DNA of 64,000 nucleotides from Patescibacteria group bacterium (GCA_018823885.1 JAHJHG010000006.1:10752-74751); one strand, 5' to 3'. Positions 27,625 to 40,086 are shown, counted from the stretch's first letter. The notes: generated by a model from the sequence alone, not told the origin. Made by a program: numbers and translations.

Positions 27625-28443
27625 TTAGTTGCTTTCGAGAAGCTTCCAGTTGTCCAAATCGCCTGCTTTGACTTCAAACTTCTGATAGAAGTGACTGTCA
27701 ACATCAAACAGGACAACGTGAACAGTGGTGCAACCAGTTGCTCCGCAGTTGGTTCCACCCGTAGTGGTGCTGGTAACCAATTGCTCGCGAAACCAGTCCT
27801 TGGATACATATGCCCCAGGAGGCATGATGGACCAAGTGGCGTGACCAGGAACGAATTCCACCACCATTGCGGTCATGTTGAGATCAGAATCAACGATCGT
27901 ATCGTCAATCCGCCCGCGAATAAGGACCAAATAATTCAATCCTTTTGCGCCGGGCAAAACCAAGGAAACGCCGTCAACCGTGATTATTCCCTTGCCAAGG
28001 CTAAAGGGAGTAAATCCTCCTTCAGGGACATTAGCAAAATGCTCTGCCTCAACAGAAGGAATTACCCAAGTAGCCGCATCATCCAAGATGGCACCGGGTT
28101 CCGCGATCAACCAGGAACTTTCCTCGTTGAAAACATCGATTGTTTGAACCGGAGTTTGGAAGAGCTCTCCTGCAGGCATTCCGCCAGCAATGAGAGCAAA
28201 CTCAACTGGATCACTTTTTACTATCTCTTCTTTCTCTTCTTCGGCTGGAACTGGTGTTACTGGCGGTAAGGTCGCGGCTTTGAGCTCCTCTGCTAGCTCA
28301 GCAATCGTCGATTTTTTATCTTCGATTTCCGCTTCGATTTCCGCTATTTCGGAAAAAAGGATCACGGCCCAAACAAGCAACACAGTAATTAAAAGAATAC
28401 CAAGAGCCACTCCAATCCACCCAAAAAACTTTTTCCAATTCAT
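27625..28443 (-). CDS. Membrane-anchored hypothetical protein (N-terminal TM, coiled-coil, C-terminal globular domain)
   Basis: The 272-aa ORF begins MNWKKFFGWIGVALGILLITVLLVWAVILF. It is preferred over the overlapping plus-strand ORF 27556..28269, whose translation is low-complexity. Confidence 0.4.
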   Translation of the reverse strand: MNWKKFFGWIGVALGILLITVLLVWAVILFSEIAEIEAEIEDKKSTIAELAEELKAATLPPVTPVPAEEEKEEIVKSDPVEFALIAGGMPAGELFQTPVQTIDVFNEESSWLIAEPGAILDDAATWVIPSVEAEHFANVPEGGFTPFSLGKGIITVDGVSLVLPGAKGLNYLVLIRGRIDDTIVDSDLNMTAMVVEFVPGHATWSIMPPGAYVSKDWFREQLVTSTTTGGTNCGATGCTTVHVVLFDVDSHFYQKFEVKAGDLDNWKLLESN

Positions 28444-28689
28444 TTTGCACCTCCCGTGCTTGTATTTAATTGCGGATAGAATTTGCTTAACAGTCTTTTT
28501 AAAGACTGGATTTTCTGTATGTTTCGTTAATGTGCCTCCTAAAAACCTCCGAAAAAGCGCGAAAAAAATATTTGACAGGCCTTTTCTTTGGTCTAGGAAA
28601 CGTTTTTGCTTTTAATTTCTTAAAGGCAAAGGAGAAGAAATAATATGGGTTTTTTGATTATTTACTCTCCTCTACCTCCATGGAAGTGT

Positions 28690-28983
28690 TTATCTATTAA
28701 CCTGCGCCTTCTTTGCAAATTTTTTAGAAAGATACAGAAGTGATCCTGAAGCTAAAAGAAACCCTGTGCCTAAAATAGCAGGATTAATATCACCCAAGTC
28801 AGTATCTACCGGCTCATGAGTTTCTGCCCCGCAAACCACTCCGCCACCATACACAGTGACACAATTTTCCTGCGCCAGAACTGCTTTTGGCAGAGAAAAT
28901 AAAACAGCGGTAATTACTAAAGATAAAAATAGTTTTTTCATACGATTAGGTGGCATTATATGTAATATAGGATGAGATGTCAA
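28690..28983 (-). CDS. Small secreted protein with a C-terminal hydrophobic segment and basic tail (candidate sortase substrate)
   Basis: The 97-aa ORF has a signal peptide (MKKLFLSLVITAVLFSLPKAVLA), a mature segment of about 40 aa with 2 Cys, and the C-terminus ...NPAILGTGFLLASGSLLYLSKKFAKKAQVNR. It lies immediately downstream of the sortase gene. Confidence 0.4.
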   Translation of the reverse strand: MTSHPILHIMPPNRMKKLFLSLVITAVLFSLPKAVLAQENCVTVYGGGVVCGAETHEPVDTDLGDINPAILGTGFLLASGSLLYLSKKFAKKAQVNR

Positions 28984-29001
28984 GGCTGTAGGATTTATTA
29001 A

Positions 29002-29739
29002 CTAAATCTCTAAAAGTCTGGCATATTTATAGATCCTAATAGGCGAACTTAAGGTCTCACAGGTATATAAAATCAAGTCTGCAGAGTAATCAGATATTTC
29101 TTCAGCTTCCTCCGTCGCATAGACTTCATAAACATACTTTCTTTGACGCCAAATAATTTCTACTATATCCCCTTCTTTAAGTTTAGGTAGATTAAAAAAT
29201 GAATTTTCCCGCCTAAAAATATTATTCCAAGCCAAATACCCAAATCTGTGAGCAGCCATTATCGTCGGTTTATTTCTGGTATATGGAGTGCCGAAATCAG
29301 AAACTCTCCAAATTCCTTTTTTCAAAGCCTTCTCATAATATTCAAGAGTTGATTCTTGAATTTCCGAATTTACACCAATCGAAGAGATCCTGATTGTATT
29401 TTCAAGAGGCAAAGATGCATCAAACCTTGGCTGATAACCAATATTGCTCACGGTGTTCATCAATCCATTAACTTCATTTGCCTCCGTTTTCGCGAATATT
29501 TTGGAAGCAAACGCAACACCCTGAGTCTTTGTTGCATGCCAGATAGATGGAGCGAAAGAAATAAATAACAATATTGTCCCAATTACAGCTGTTGTTTTTG
29601 CCGCCTTAATCAATAATTCAGAAATCTTTAATGAAAAGCTGTTTGTATCAACAGGTTTTTGCCAAACAAAAATATCACCCGCTGTAGAGGCGCCTTTGTA
29701 CGTGTGAATAAAGACAGTATTTTCCATATATAAATTCAA
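29002..29739 (-). CDS. Sortase family transpeptidase
   Basis: The 245-aa ORF has an N-terminal TM anchor, a conserved His (IMAAHRFG), the catalytic Cys in LILYTC (TLxTC-like), and a downstream Arg (IRIYKYARL). Confidence 0.7.
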   Translation of the reverse strand: MNLYMENTVFIHTYKGASTAGDIFVWQKPVDTNSFSLKISELLIKAAKTTAVIGTILLFISFAPSIWHATKTQGVAFASKIFAKTEANEVNGLMNTVSNIGYQPRFDASLPLENTIRISSIGVNSEIQESTLEYYEKALKKGIWRVSDFGTPYTRNKPTIMAAHRFGYLAWNNIFRRENSFFNLPKLKEGDIVEIIWRQRKYVYEVYATEEAEEISDYSADLILYTCETLSSPIRIYKYARLLEI

Positions 29740-29954
29740 AATCTGAAGCCGAAAATAGGTTCAAAAACCTAAATCGGCCCCACAAGGAGCGGGTAGTAAG
29801 CCTGCCCTACGTACCACCCGCCCCCTCTGGAGCCGAACACTAAACGGGTCTTGACAAGACCCTCATTTTAATTTTAGTCTGTTCTTGGATTTATCTTGAT
29901 TCCTGTCCTCAAGACAAACTGCACTTGTCTTGCCCAAGGTAAATCTGAACGAAG

Positions 29955-30028
29955 GGCATCTCTATTTGTGGCAAACCTGCAAGTTCTCACGAATTGGCAG
30001 GGCCAACGGTGGAGATGCTCTTTTTTTG
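29955..30028 (+). terminator. Intrinsic terminator-like hairpin followed by a T7 tract on the plus strand
   Basis: The stem GGGCATCTC...GAGATGCTC is followed by TCTTTTTTT. The stem contains a G.U pair in the plus-strand RNA that would be an A-C mismatch on the minus strand, which argues for plus-strand function. Confidence 0.45.
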
Positions 30029-30202
30029 GTTAAAGAACTGTGAATAGTTTACATCGATATTATTCATTTTGTCAAATCCTATAACTAAATGTACCTACTC
30101 CTTGTATCTCCCCCATAGTAACTACTTACATATAATTAGCTTTGTGATTCGGTAATTCTCTGGGAAAAAAATAAAATGTGGAAAACTTGGGGAAATCTTC
30201 TT

Positions 30203-31513
30203 CTACCTCAATAATTTCTTGATCGCCTGGTTTAAAAACTTTGTGTTTCCTTGTGACATTGTAATATTAAAACCTAACCTTCTTGCTTCTCTAAGTCTTC
30301 TTGCTTCCACCGCTACTTCTCGTATCTCCCCCAAAAGCCCAACCTCTCCAATTGCCATAAGTTTATTGGGAAGTGCTTTATCAAAAAAGGCGGATGCCAA
30401 GGACAAACATATTGCCAGATCGACACCGGTATCTTTAACACGAATTCCACTGGTAATATTAACAAAACAATCGTATTCATATAGAGGCAAGCCACAGCGG
30501 CGAGCCAAAACAGCAATTAATAGCTCCAACCTTTTTGAATCAATCCCTTGTGCAATTCTTCTAGGAAAGGCCAGTTTTGTGGGTACAACAAGGCTTTGAA
30601 TTTCAACAATGATCGGTCGAGTTCCTTGCATTACTGAGGAAACAACACTCCCTGCTACGTTTCTTACCCCTTTTGTTAAGAACATTTTCTCTGGATCGGT
30701 CATACTTATTAAACCTTTGTCTTCCATTGAAAATATTCCCACTTCATCCGTCGGGCCAAAACGATTTTTGACAGCACGAAGAAGTCTCAATGCCGTTGTT
30801 TTATCACCTTCAAACCACAACACCGTATCGACTATATGAGCCAGAACCGCAGGTCCAGCCACCACTCCCTCTTTGGTTACATGTCCTACTAAAAAGAGAG
30901 GTACGTTTTTCCCTTTAGCCGCAGATAATAACCTAAAAGCACATTCCCGAACTTGCCCGACAGAGCCTGCGAGCCCTGAAAGATCTTGTGTTGTCGTTGT
31001 TTGAATCGAGTCTATTATCACGCATGATATTTTTTTAACTTCTTTAATCTGAGCCACAATTGCATCCACATCTGTTTCTTCCATTATCTGGATACTTTTC
31101 TTGGTTACCTTTAATCTGTCTGCCCTTAATTTAAGCTGATGAGCAGATTCCTCGCCTGAGACATATAAAGTATCACCAAGCTTATCTGCCAGTTGAAGTA
31201 AAAGTGTTGATTTCCCAATACCGGGTTCTCCCGCTAAAAGACCTACTTGGCCTGAAACCAATCCCCCTCCCAAAACCCTATCCAGTTCAGATATCTTTGT
31301 AGATGTTCTTGGGATTCTTCTAGAAGGAATTGAAGATAAACTAACAGGTTTTTTGCCGCCTCTTGTTTTTCTTGCCCTACTTTCTTCTCTTTCCTTTTCA
31401 ATAATTGTTTCAACCAAGCTTCCCCAGGTCTCACAATTTGGACATTTACCAGCCCACCCAACCTGGGCATAGCCACACTGTTGACAAACATATTGTGAGT
31501 GAGTTTTCGCCAT
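30203..31513 (-). CDS. radA: DNA repair protein RadA/Sms
   Basis: The 436-aa ORF has an N-terminal C4 zinc finger (CQQCGYAQVGWAGKCPNCETW), a Walker A motif (GEPGIGKSTL), a KNRFG motif, and a Lon-protease-like C-terminal domain. Confidence 0.9.
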   Translation of the reverse strand: MAKTHSQYVCQQCGYAQVGWAGKCPNCETWGSLVETIIEKEREESRARKTRGGKKPVSLSSIPSRRIPRTSTKISELDRVLGGGLVSGQVGLLAGEPGIGKSTLLLQLADKLGDTLYVSGEESAHQLKLRADRLKVTKKSIQIMEETDVDAIVAQIKEVKKISCVIIDSIQTTTTQDLSGLAGSVGQVRECAFRLLSAAKGKNVPLFLVGHVTKEGVVAGPAVLAHIVDTVLWFEGDKTTALRLLRAVKNRFGPTDEVGIFSMEDKGLISMTDPEKMFLTKGVRNVAGSVVSSVMQGTRPIIVEIQSLVVPTKLAFPRRIAQGIDSKRLELLIAVLARRCGLPLYEYDCFVNITSGIRVKDTGVDLAICLSLASAFFDKALPNKLMAIGEVGLLGEIREVAVEARRLREARRLGFNITMSQGNTKFLNQAIKKLLR

Positions 31514-31532
31514 TTGGCCAATTATATATTAT

Positions 31533-31889
31533 TCATTCGCCCTCTTCTTCAGGCGCCTGATCATTGAGATATCCCAATCTTTCTCCGACTACCAATTTTC
31601 TCATTTCACTCACTCTATCCGTACCCGCATCTCTCATAATTTTACTTGCACGATTAATAATTTCATTCACCACCTCAATGCTCTGTCCAAGAGCTTGTGC
31701 TCCTTGAAAAACTATTTCATTAGAACTTACTTTTAGATAAATAAGCCTAAGCCTTACAATTCCATCTCTTTCTTTCCGAAGATCATCAATCGCTTCTTCT
31801 CCTTGTTCGGCTAGAAAGGAAGCATAAAAATCTATATTTTCTTCTAGTTCGGGGGCAAATTGTGGTATTTTTCTTTCTGGCCCACTCAT
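31533..31889 (-). CDS. Hypothetical protein
   Basis: This 118-aa acidic protein lies between rpsA and radA on the same strand. No motif was recognised. Confidence 0.4.
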   Translation of the reverse strand: MSGPERKIPQFAPELEENIDFYASFLAEQGEEAIDDLRKERDGIVRLRLIYLKVSSNEIVFQGAQALGQSIEVVNEIINRASKIMRDAGTDRVSEMRKLVVGERLGYLNDQAPEEEGE

Positions 31890-31906
31890 ATTTTTTAGAC
31901 AGGAGT

Positions 31907-33016
31907 TTACTTGTATCCAGCTGGCTTAGCCGTAAGAACTAAGCCTAAAGAAATTTTTCTAGAACTGGCATCTGTTTCCTCAATATAGCAATTTACTTCT
32001 TGGCCTCTTTCGTATCTTTTGCCTGGGGGAATTTTTGTTAAATGAATTAATCCTTCAATTCCCGGTTCCAATTGCACAAATACGCCAAAATCAGACAATC
32101 TTGCTACTTTGCCTGTTACTTTATTATCTTTCTTATACTTCTTCCCCGCACTCTCCCAAGGATCTTTTTGAGCGTGTTTCATAGACAAAGAAAGTCTTCC
32201 ATTCTTCTTCCCTATCGCCTTAACCTTGACTGCATCTCCCTCTTTTAAAACATCACTCGGTTTATCAACTTTATCCCAGGAAATCTCCGAGATGTGGACC
32301 AAGCCTTCAATTGGAGTCATTTTTTTCTTCGATTCTTCTTTTATTTGAACAAAGCATCCAAAATCCGAGACTGTTGTGACCACTCCGTCATATATTTTCC
32401 CTTCAATTATTTTTTCTAAGGCTTTCTGGGCAAGTTCAATATTTGCGGCTTCTGATACAGCTTTTTCGGAAAGAACCACCTTGTTGGAAGCCCGATTAAG
32501 ATCAATTATTTGTACCTTAAAGCTATTTTCAATTAATACTGATGTATCTTTTGCGGCTTCTTTTCCAATTTGAGAGCCTGGAATAAAACCGCTCATACCC
32601 ATCACATCAACGATTACTCCCGATGGATTCACCGCTTTACCAAGAACAATTATTGGTTTTTTGTCCTTCTTTGCCTTTTCTAGCTTTTTCCAAATAGAGT
32701 TTTGAGCCGCTCTTCTCAAAGAAAGAACCGTATAACCGTCTGGTGTTTCGGTGATAAGAACACTTGCTTCAATTTCATCCCCTATCTCTAAATCTTTAAC
32801 AAAAGATTTAGCTTCCTCGAAAGCTTTTTCAGCCACAACACCTTCTGTTTTTGAACCAATATCAAGGAGAACTTTTTTGCCAGTTATTTCAACTATTTTA
32901 CCTGTTACTCTTTGGCCAACAGATAAGCCTTTAGGTTCTCCACCATAGGCAGCCAGGAGCTCTTCCATGCTCTTTATCTCAGAGGTCTTTTTTGAAGTTT
33001 TTTTCTTTGCTACCAC
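31907..33016 (-). CDS. rpsA: 30S ribosomal protein S1 (short, 4 S1 domains)
   Basis: The 369-aa ORF has four S1/OB-fold repeats, each with G-x-V and hG-L-hH-hSEhS-like signatures (for example GLVHISEISWDKV). Confidence 0.8.
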   Translation of the reverse strand: MVAKKKTSKKTSEIKSMEELLAAYGGEPKGLSVGQRVTGKIVEITGKKVLLDIGSKTEGVVAEKAFEEAKSFVKDLEIGDEIEASVLITETPDGYTVLSLRRAAQNSIWKKLEKAKKDKKPIIVLGKAVNPSGVIVDVMGMSGFIPGSQIGKEAAKDTSVLIENSFKVQIIDLNRASNKVVLSEKAVSEAANIELAQKALEKIIEGKIYDGVVTTVSDFGCFVQIKEESKKKMTPIEGLVHISEISWDKVDKPSDVLKEGDAVKVKAIGKKNGRLSLSMKHAQKDPWESAGKKYKKDNKVTGKVARLSDFGVFVQLEPGIEGLIHLTKIPPGKRYERGQEVNCYIEETDASSRKISLGLVLTAKPAGYK

Positions 33017-33090
33017 TTACCATACCACCTTTCTTTTTAGTACAAAGGCATTATACAGCATACTAGCCTCAAATTCAATCCACAAAAAAA

Positions 33091-33209
33091 GCCCAGCAAT
33101 GAACTATTTTCGCATAGAGTTGCCCCTATACTATCGTCGCCGCTGGTGTGTTTTACTTTCCTGTTCGGAATGGGAAGGAGTAGGACCACACCGCTAAAAT
33201 TACTAGGCT
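33091..33209 (-). rRNA. 5S ribosomal RNA
   Basis: The reverse complement reads GCCTAGTAATTTTAGCGGTGTGGTCCTACTCCTTCCCATTCCGAACAGGAAAGTAAAACACACCAGCGGCGACGATAGTATAGGGG...GCGAAAATAGTTCATTGCTGGGC. This matches the 5S consensus (CCGAAC...GAAAC, terminal helix I). Confidence 0.7.
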
Positions 33210-33289
33210 ATTTTTATGGTTAATAGATTTTCTCTATTAACCACATATGTTAATGTTTTTTGTTCTCTGAAAACTGAAGGGAATGGGTC

Positions 33290-36511
<3,222 letters not shown>

Positions 36512-36538
36512 TTTCCCTTCAGATGTCAAAGAACAAAG

Positions 36539-36613
36539 TGGACCTGACCGGGCTCGAACCGGTGACCTCTACATTGCAAATGTAGCGCTCTTGCCAGCTG
36601 AGCTACAGGCCCG
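36539..36613 (-). tRNA. tRNA-Ala (anticodon TGC)
   Basis: The reverse complement reads GGGCCTGTAGCTCAGCTGGCAAGAGCGCTACATTTGCAATGTAGAGGTCACCGGTTCGAGCCCGGTCAGGTCCA. It has a G3:U70 pair and the anticodon loop TTTGCAA. Confidence 0.85.
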
Positions 36614-36825
36614 AAAAATAATAATATTAATTTTTAAACTAAAAAACCGGCCTTGAAGCCGGTTACATAAAAGAAGCGTATAAACTATCTAGCCACTATC
36701 AATGCCCCCAAGGGCTTGTCTTTGGTTAAATGTTGAGCTTCTCATAAAGTAACTTGCCTCAATCGGCAGAGACTATTATATATAGTAAGAAACAAAGAGT
36801 CAACAGAGGAGAAAGTAGAAGTGTG

Positions 36826-36898
36826 TGGGTCCGGATGGGATCGAACCATCGACCTCTTACTTATCAGGTAAGCGCTCTAGCCACTGAGCTACGGACCC
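36826..36898 (-). tRNA. tRNA-Ile (anticodon GAT)
   Basis: The reverse complement reads GGGTCCGTAGCTCAGTGGCTAGAGCGCTTACCTGATAAGTAAGAGGTCGATGGTTCGATCCCATCCGGACCCA. The anticodon loop is CTGATAA. Confidence 0.85.
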
Positions 36899-36990
36899 TG
36901 GAGCAACCAATAATTTACCATAAATTAGCCTTAAAAACAAACTATTAATATCTGCTACATTTTCAGAAAGCTACCATATATAATAGTTGT

Positions 36991-39210
36991 ATGACGAACT
37001 TAACAACGCTTCTTTTAAAACTTCCACGAAATACTGAAGTTACACCTGAAGCAGCTCAAACATTCCTCTCTGCATTAACACAAATAAATTCAGTTTCCTC
37101 TTTAAGAAAATTATTAGGCACAAAATCACAAGCCTTAGCTTTGGAAATTGTGCTTTTCGATCAACAAATAAGGTTTCAAATAACTTGCGACCGCGACCTG
37201 GTTCCTTTTCTTAAAACACAAATTCAGTCTAACTATCCCCTTGTCCTAATTGAGCAAACACAAGACCCATTAGTAAATAAAAGGCTTGAAATAAAAAAAC
37301 TCTGTCTTGCTAAGGGAAGTTATTACCCAATTGCAACTTTCGAATCATTTCAAGACATTGACCCTCTCTCCTCTGTTCTTTCTGTTTTATCAAAAGGCAA
37401 TCCTGATGAAGTCGGCCTTGTTCAGTTCGCCTTGGAGGCAACAGGTTCTTCTTGGCAAAGAAAAGGGGCTCTTTATGCAGAAAGAGGTACAAAGAATGAA
37501 GATGGTTCTTATTCCCCAAGATCGGACGCAAACATAATAACTGAGAAAATTTCTTACCCAGGTTTCAAGGTCACAATAAGGCTTGCTGCAAACACGAAAC
37601 AAACCCTTAGAGAACTTATATCTAGCTTTGGAGTATTCACAAGAGCTGATGGAAATAGGCTCTCATCGAAGAAAACTTCACAGCTAAAGAAAAAGTCTGC
37701 TCTAGCTTGCCTTTTACAAAGAAAGGTCGTAGATAACCAAATATTAAACATTCAAGAACTGGCAACTATTTGGCATCTTCCAAGCGATAAGATAAAAACC
37801 ACCTCCATTGCTTGGGGAACGTCTGTTCTTTCAGAGCCCCCCGAAAATTTACCTATCGCAATCGATAAGTCAGAAGATGAAAAAAGGGAAATAAACTACT
37901 TTGCCAAAACTCATTTCAAAAACAAAGAAACAATATTTGGTATTGAGACTCCAGACAGAAGACGCCACATATGGACCTTAGGAAAAACAGGTACCGGTAA
38001 ATCCACTCTAATTGCCAACATGGCCATCGATGATCTCAAGAAAGGTCGTGGTTTAGCCGTTATAGATCCCCATGGAGATCTTATTGAAATACTTCTTGAT
38101 TATATTCCGAAGAACAGAATTAACGATGTCATTTACTTCAATCCCGCAGATAGCCAACCTCCAACAATTAATCCTCTTGAGGTTAGAACTCGTGAGGAAG
38201 CAGAACTGGCTGCTTCCGGTCTTCTTTCAATATTCACAAAAATTTGGGCCAATGTCTGGTCCGCACGGATGGAATATATCTTAAGAAACTCATTCCTCAC
38301 TTTAGCGCAAACTCCTAACTCTACTTTGGCGGATGTTTTGAAACTTCTGGCAAATAGAAAATTCAGAGATCAAATCGTAGAAAAAATTGATGACCCAAAT
38401 CTTGTCCACTTCTGGAAAGAAGAATTCGATAAAATGCCGGAAAGACTTCAAAAGGAGGCTATTTCCCCTATTCAGAATAAGGTAGGCCAATTTGTCCTAT
38501 CACCTATGATTCGCGAAATAATCGGTCAACCAAAAGGTTCTTTTAGAATTGACGAGATCATGGATGGCGGAAAAATATTCCTTGCCAATTTATCACAAGG
38601 AAGAATCGGAGAAGATAATGCTAATTTACTTGGCGCCATGTTGATAACGAAAATCCAACTTGCGGCCATGCATCGAGTCGAGATAAGGGAACAGGAAAGA
38701 CGCGATTTCTATCTCTATGTCGATGAGTTCCAGAATTTTGCCACCACATCATTTATAAAAATCCTCTCAGAAGCCAGAAAATACAGACTTAACTTGATGC
38801 TTGCAAACCAATATATTGCTCAAATTCCCGAAGAGGTTCAAAAAGCAATATTAGGAAATATCGGAACAATGATTAGTTTTACCGCCGGTGCGGAAGACGC
38901 GCAAATTCTTCAAAAAGAGTTTTCAGAAGTCTTTACCGAAAACGACCTTGTCAACCTATCACGCTTCCAAGTGGCCATTAAACTTACTATAGATGGGCAA
39001 TCCAACAGACCCTTCTTAGCTCATACTCTGCCTCTTCCTGTCTCAAGAAACCAGAACAGGCCAAAAGTTATTACGGCCTCAAGGGAAAGATGGTCAAAAA
39101 GAGAAAAACCACAACAAGACCTGGAACAAAAGCCATATACACCTAAACAGAAACCATACACACCCAGACATCGACAATACCCACGTAGGAGCAAGTCCCA
39201 TCAAAGATAA
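36991..39210 (+). CDS. VirD4/TraG/TraD-like coupling-protein-type ATPase (FtsK/HerA superfamily) with a basic Pro-rich C-terminal tail
   Basis: The 739-aa ORF has a Walker A motif (LGKTGTGKSTL) and a Walker B motif (FYLYVDEFQNFAT), followed by an ANQY..Q segment typical of TraG/TraD C-terminal domains. It sits inside the 16S-23S spacer on the strand opposite the rRNAs. Confidence 0.6.
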   Translation: MTNLTTLLLKLPRNTEVTPEAAQTFLSALTQINSVSSLRKLLGTKSQALALEIVLFDQQIRFQITCDRDLVPFLKTQIQSNYPLVLIEQTQDPLVNKRLEIKKLCLAKGSYYPIATFESFQDIDPLSSVLSVLSKGNPDEVGLVQFALEATGSSWQRKGALYAERGTKNEDGSYSPRSDANIITEKISYPGFKVTIRLAANTKQTLRELISSFGVFTRADGNRLSSKKTSQLKKKSALACLLQRKVVDNQILNIQELATIWHLPSDKIKTTSIAWGTSVLSEPPENLPIAIDKSEDEKREINYFAKTHFKNKETIFGIETPDRRRHIWTLGKTGTGKSTLIANMAIDDLKKGRGLAVIDPHGDLIEILLDYIPKNRINDVIYFNPADSQPPTINPLEVRTREEAELAASGLLSIFTKIWANVWSARMEYILRNSFLTLAQTPNSTLADVLKLLANRKFRDQIVEKIDDPNLVHFWKEEFDKMPERLQKEAISPIQNKVGQFVLSPMIREIIGQPKGSFRIDEIMDGGKIFLANLSQGRIGEDNANLLGAMLITKIQLAAMHRVEIREQERRDFYLYVDEFQNFATTSFIKILSEARKYRLNLMLANQYIAQIPEEVQKAILGNIGTMISFTAGAEDAQILQKEFSEVFTENDLVNLSRFQVAIKLTIDGQSNRPFLAHTLPLPVSRNQNRPKVITASRERWSKREKPQQDLEQKPYTPKQKPYTPRHRQYPRRSKSHQR

Positions 39211-39255
39211 TTATTAACTTTAATAGTGCTTCCTCTCTTGAATAATCCCATAATC

Positions 39256-39283
39256 TTGCAATATTGCGCATATTTGTTATAAT
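39256..39283 (+). promoter_or_regulatory. Sigma70-like promoter candidate (TTGCAA - 16 nt - TATAAT)
   Basis: TTGCAA is at 39256-39261 and TATAAT at 39278-39283, about 200 nt upstream of the 201-aa secreted-protein gene. Confidence 0.3.
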
Positions 39284-39480
39284 TTTCTCAGTCTTTCCCT
39301 TCTGGCCTATCGCAGGTGAGATGTGGGAAAGATGTAAAGTTCTTTAATAACGGGAGAATATAATCTCCTCGGGACGCAATGGGTACTTAAAACCTTTTTT
39401 GAGTATCTTTTGCGTCTCGGGGGCAAAGGGCAGGAGACGTAAAAATCCAACCATTCTTATCAAAAAGGAGAATAGCAACT

Positions 39481-40086
39481 ATGAAGCGTTGGAAAATTGT
39501 AAGTTTGTTGGCTGTTTTCGCTCTTCTGATCACCGCTGTACCAGTATTTGCCATGGCAGAAAACGGAGCTCCATGGACCGGAGATCCAGATCCATATGCC
39601 TGTAACGTCTATCAGGACTGTTTCTACACAGTAACTGTCTGCATCGATGGTACAACCTACGAAGTAGGTATCTACTACGACCCAGCGACTCAAACCGCTG
39701 CGTACATGGAAGCAGACGCCTTAGGCTGGTCGGATATCGTCCTTACAATCGGCGCCTGTCCATATGTATGCGAAGTGAGACCGCTTTACCGAATGGTCAC
39801 TCTGGTTGATAACGACGCACCTGACTGGTATTTGTATGATGGTCGTTGTTACATTATCATGCACGAAGACGGAACTGTCCCCTCAGTTGATCGCCAGGCC
39901 GAAGTTTGTAGTGTTTGCGAGCATCCTGATTTCATCTATGAAGGAGATGGTCCCGCTCTTTACGACTCCTATGTCGGTGTGGATTGCTATGGCAACTACG
40001 TCTATGCAGATCCTCTGTGGGATCCTGAATGGATCAATCTGGATCCTGACAACATCTGTCACGAAGAATCCTGCATTACCAAATAG
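39481..40086 (+). CDS. Secreted cysteine/aromatic-rich hypothetical protein (short paralog)
   Basis: The 201-aa ORF has a signal peptide (MKRWKIVSLLAVFALLITAVPVFAMA) and 14 Cys. Its C-terminal module (CSVCEHPDFIYEGDG...YDSYVGVDCYGNYVY) resembles the C-terminus of the 695-aa neighbour. The GC content is visibly higher than in flanking DNA. Confidence 0.5.
   Translation: MKRWKIVSLLAVFALLITAVPVFAMAENGAPWTGDPDPYACNVYQDCFYTVTVCIDGTTYEVGIYYDPATQTAAYMEADALGWSDIVLTIGACPYVCEVRPLYRMVTLVDNDAPDWYLYDGRCYIIMHEDGTVPSVDRQAEVCSVCEHPDFIYEGDGPALYDSYVGVDCYGNYVYADPLWDPEWINLDPDNICHEESCITK

Noticed and set aside
27556-28269. Plus-strand ORF (237 aa) overlapping the minus-strand 272-aa gene
   Set aside because: Its translation is low-complexity and motif-free (GATSCSAVGSTRSGAGNQ...). 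The minus-strand frame has a clean N-terminal TM anchor and fits the local minus-strand operon orientation.
29745-30030. Assigning the structured intergenic RNA to tmRNA, RNase P RNA, SRP RNA or 6S RNA
   Set aside because: I could not find the conserved tmRNA tag-ORF or T-arm, the RNase P P4 GGAAAGUCCGGGCUCC block, or the SRP domain IV GGAAGGAAGCAGC motif on either strand. A faint resemblance on the minus strand (UCGGCUCCA...GUAGGGCAGG) to RNase P CR-I is not enough.
31243-31521. ORF 31243..31521 (92 aa, minus) and other small ORFs nested in radA, rho, the KAP NTPase gene and the P-type ATPase gene
   Set aside because: These are alternative-frame ORFs inside long, well-supported genes.
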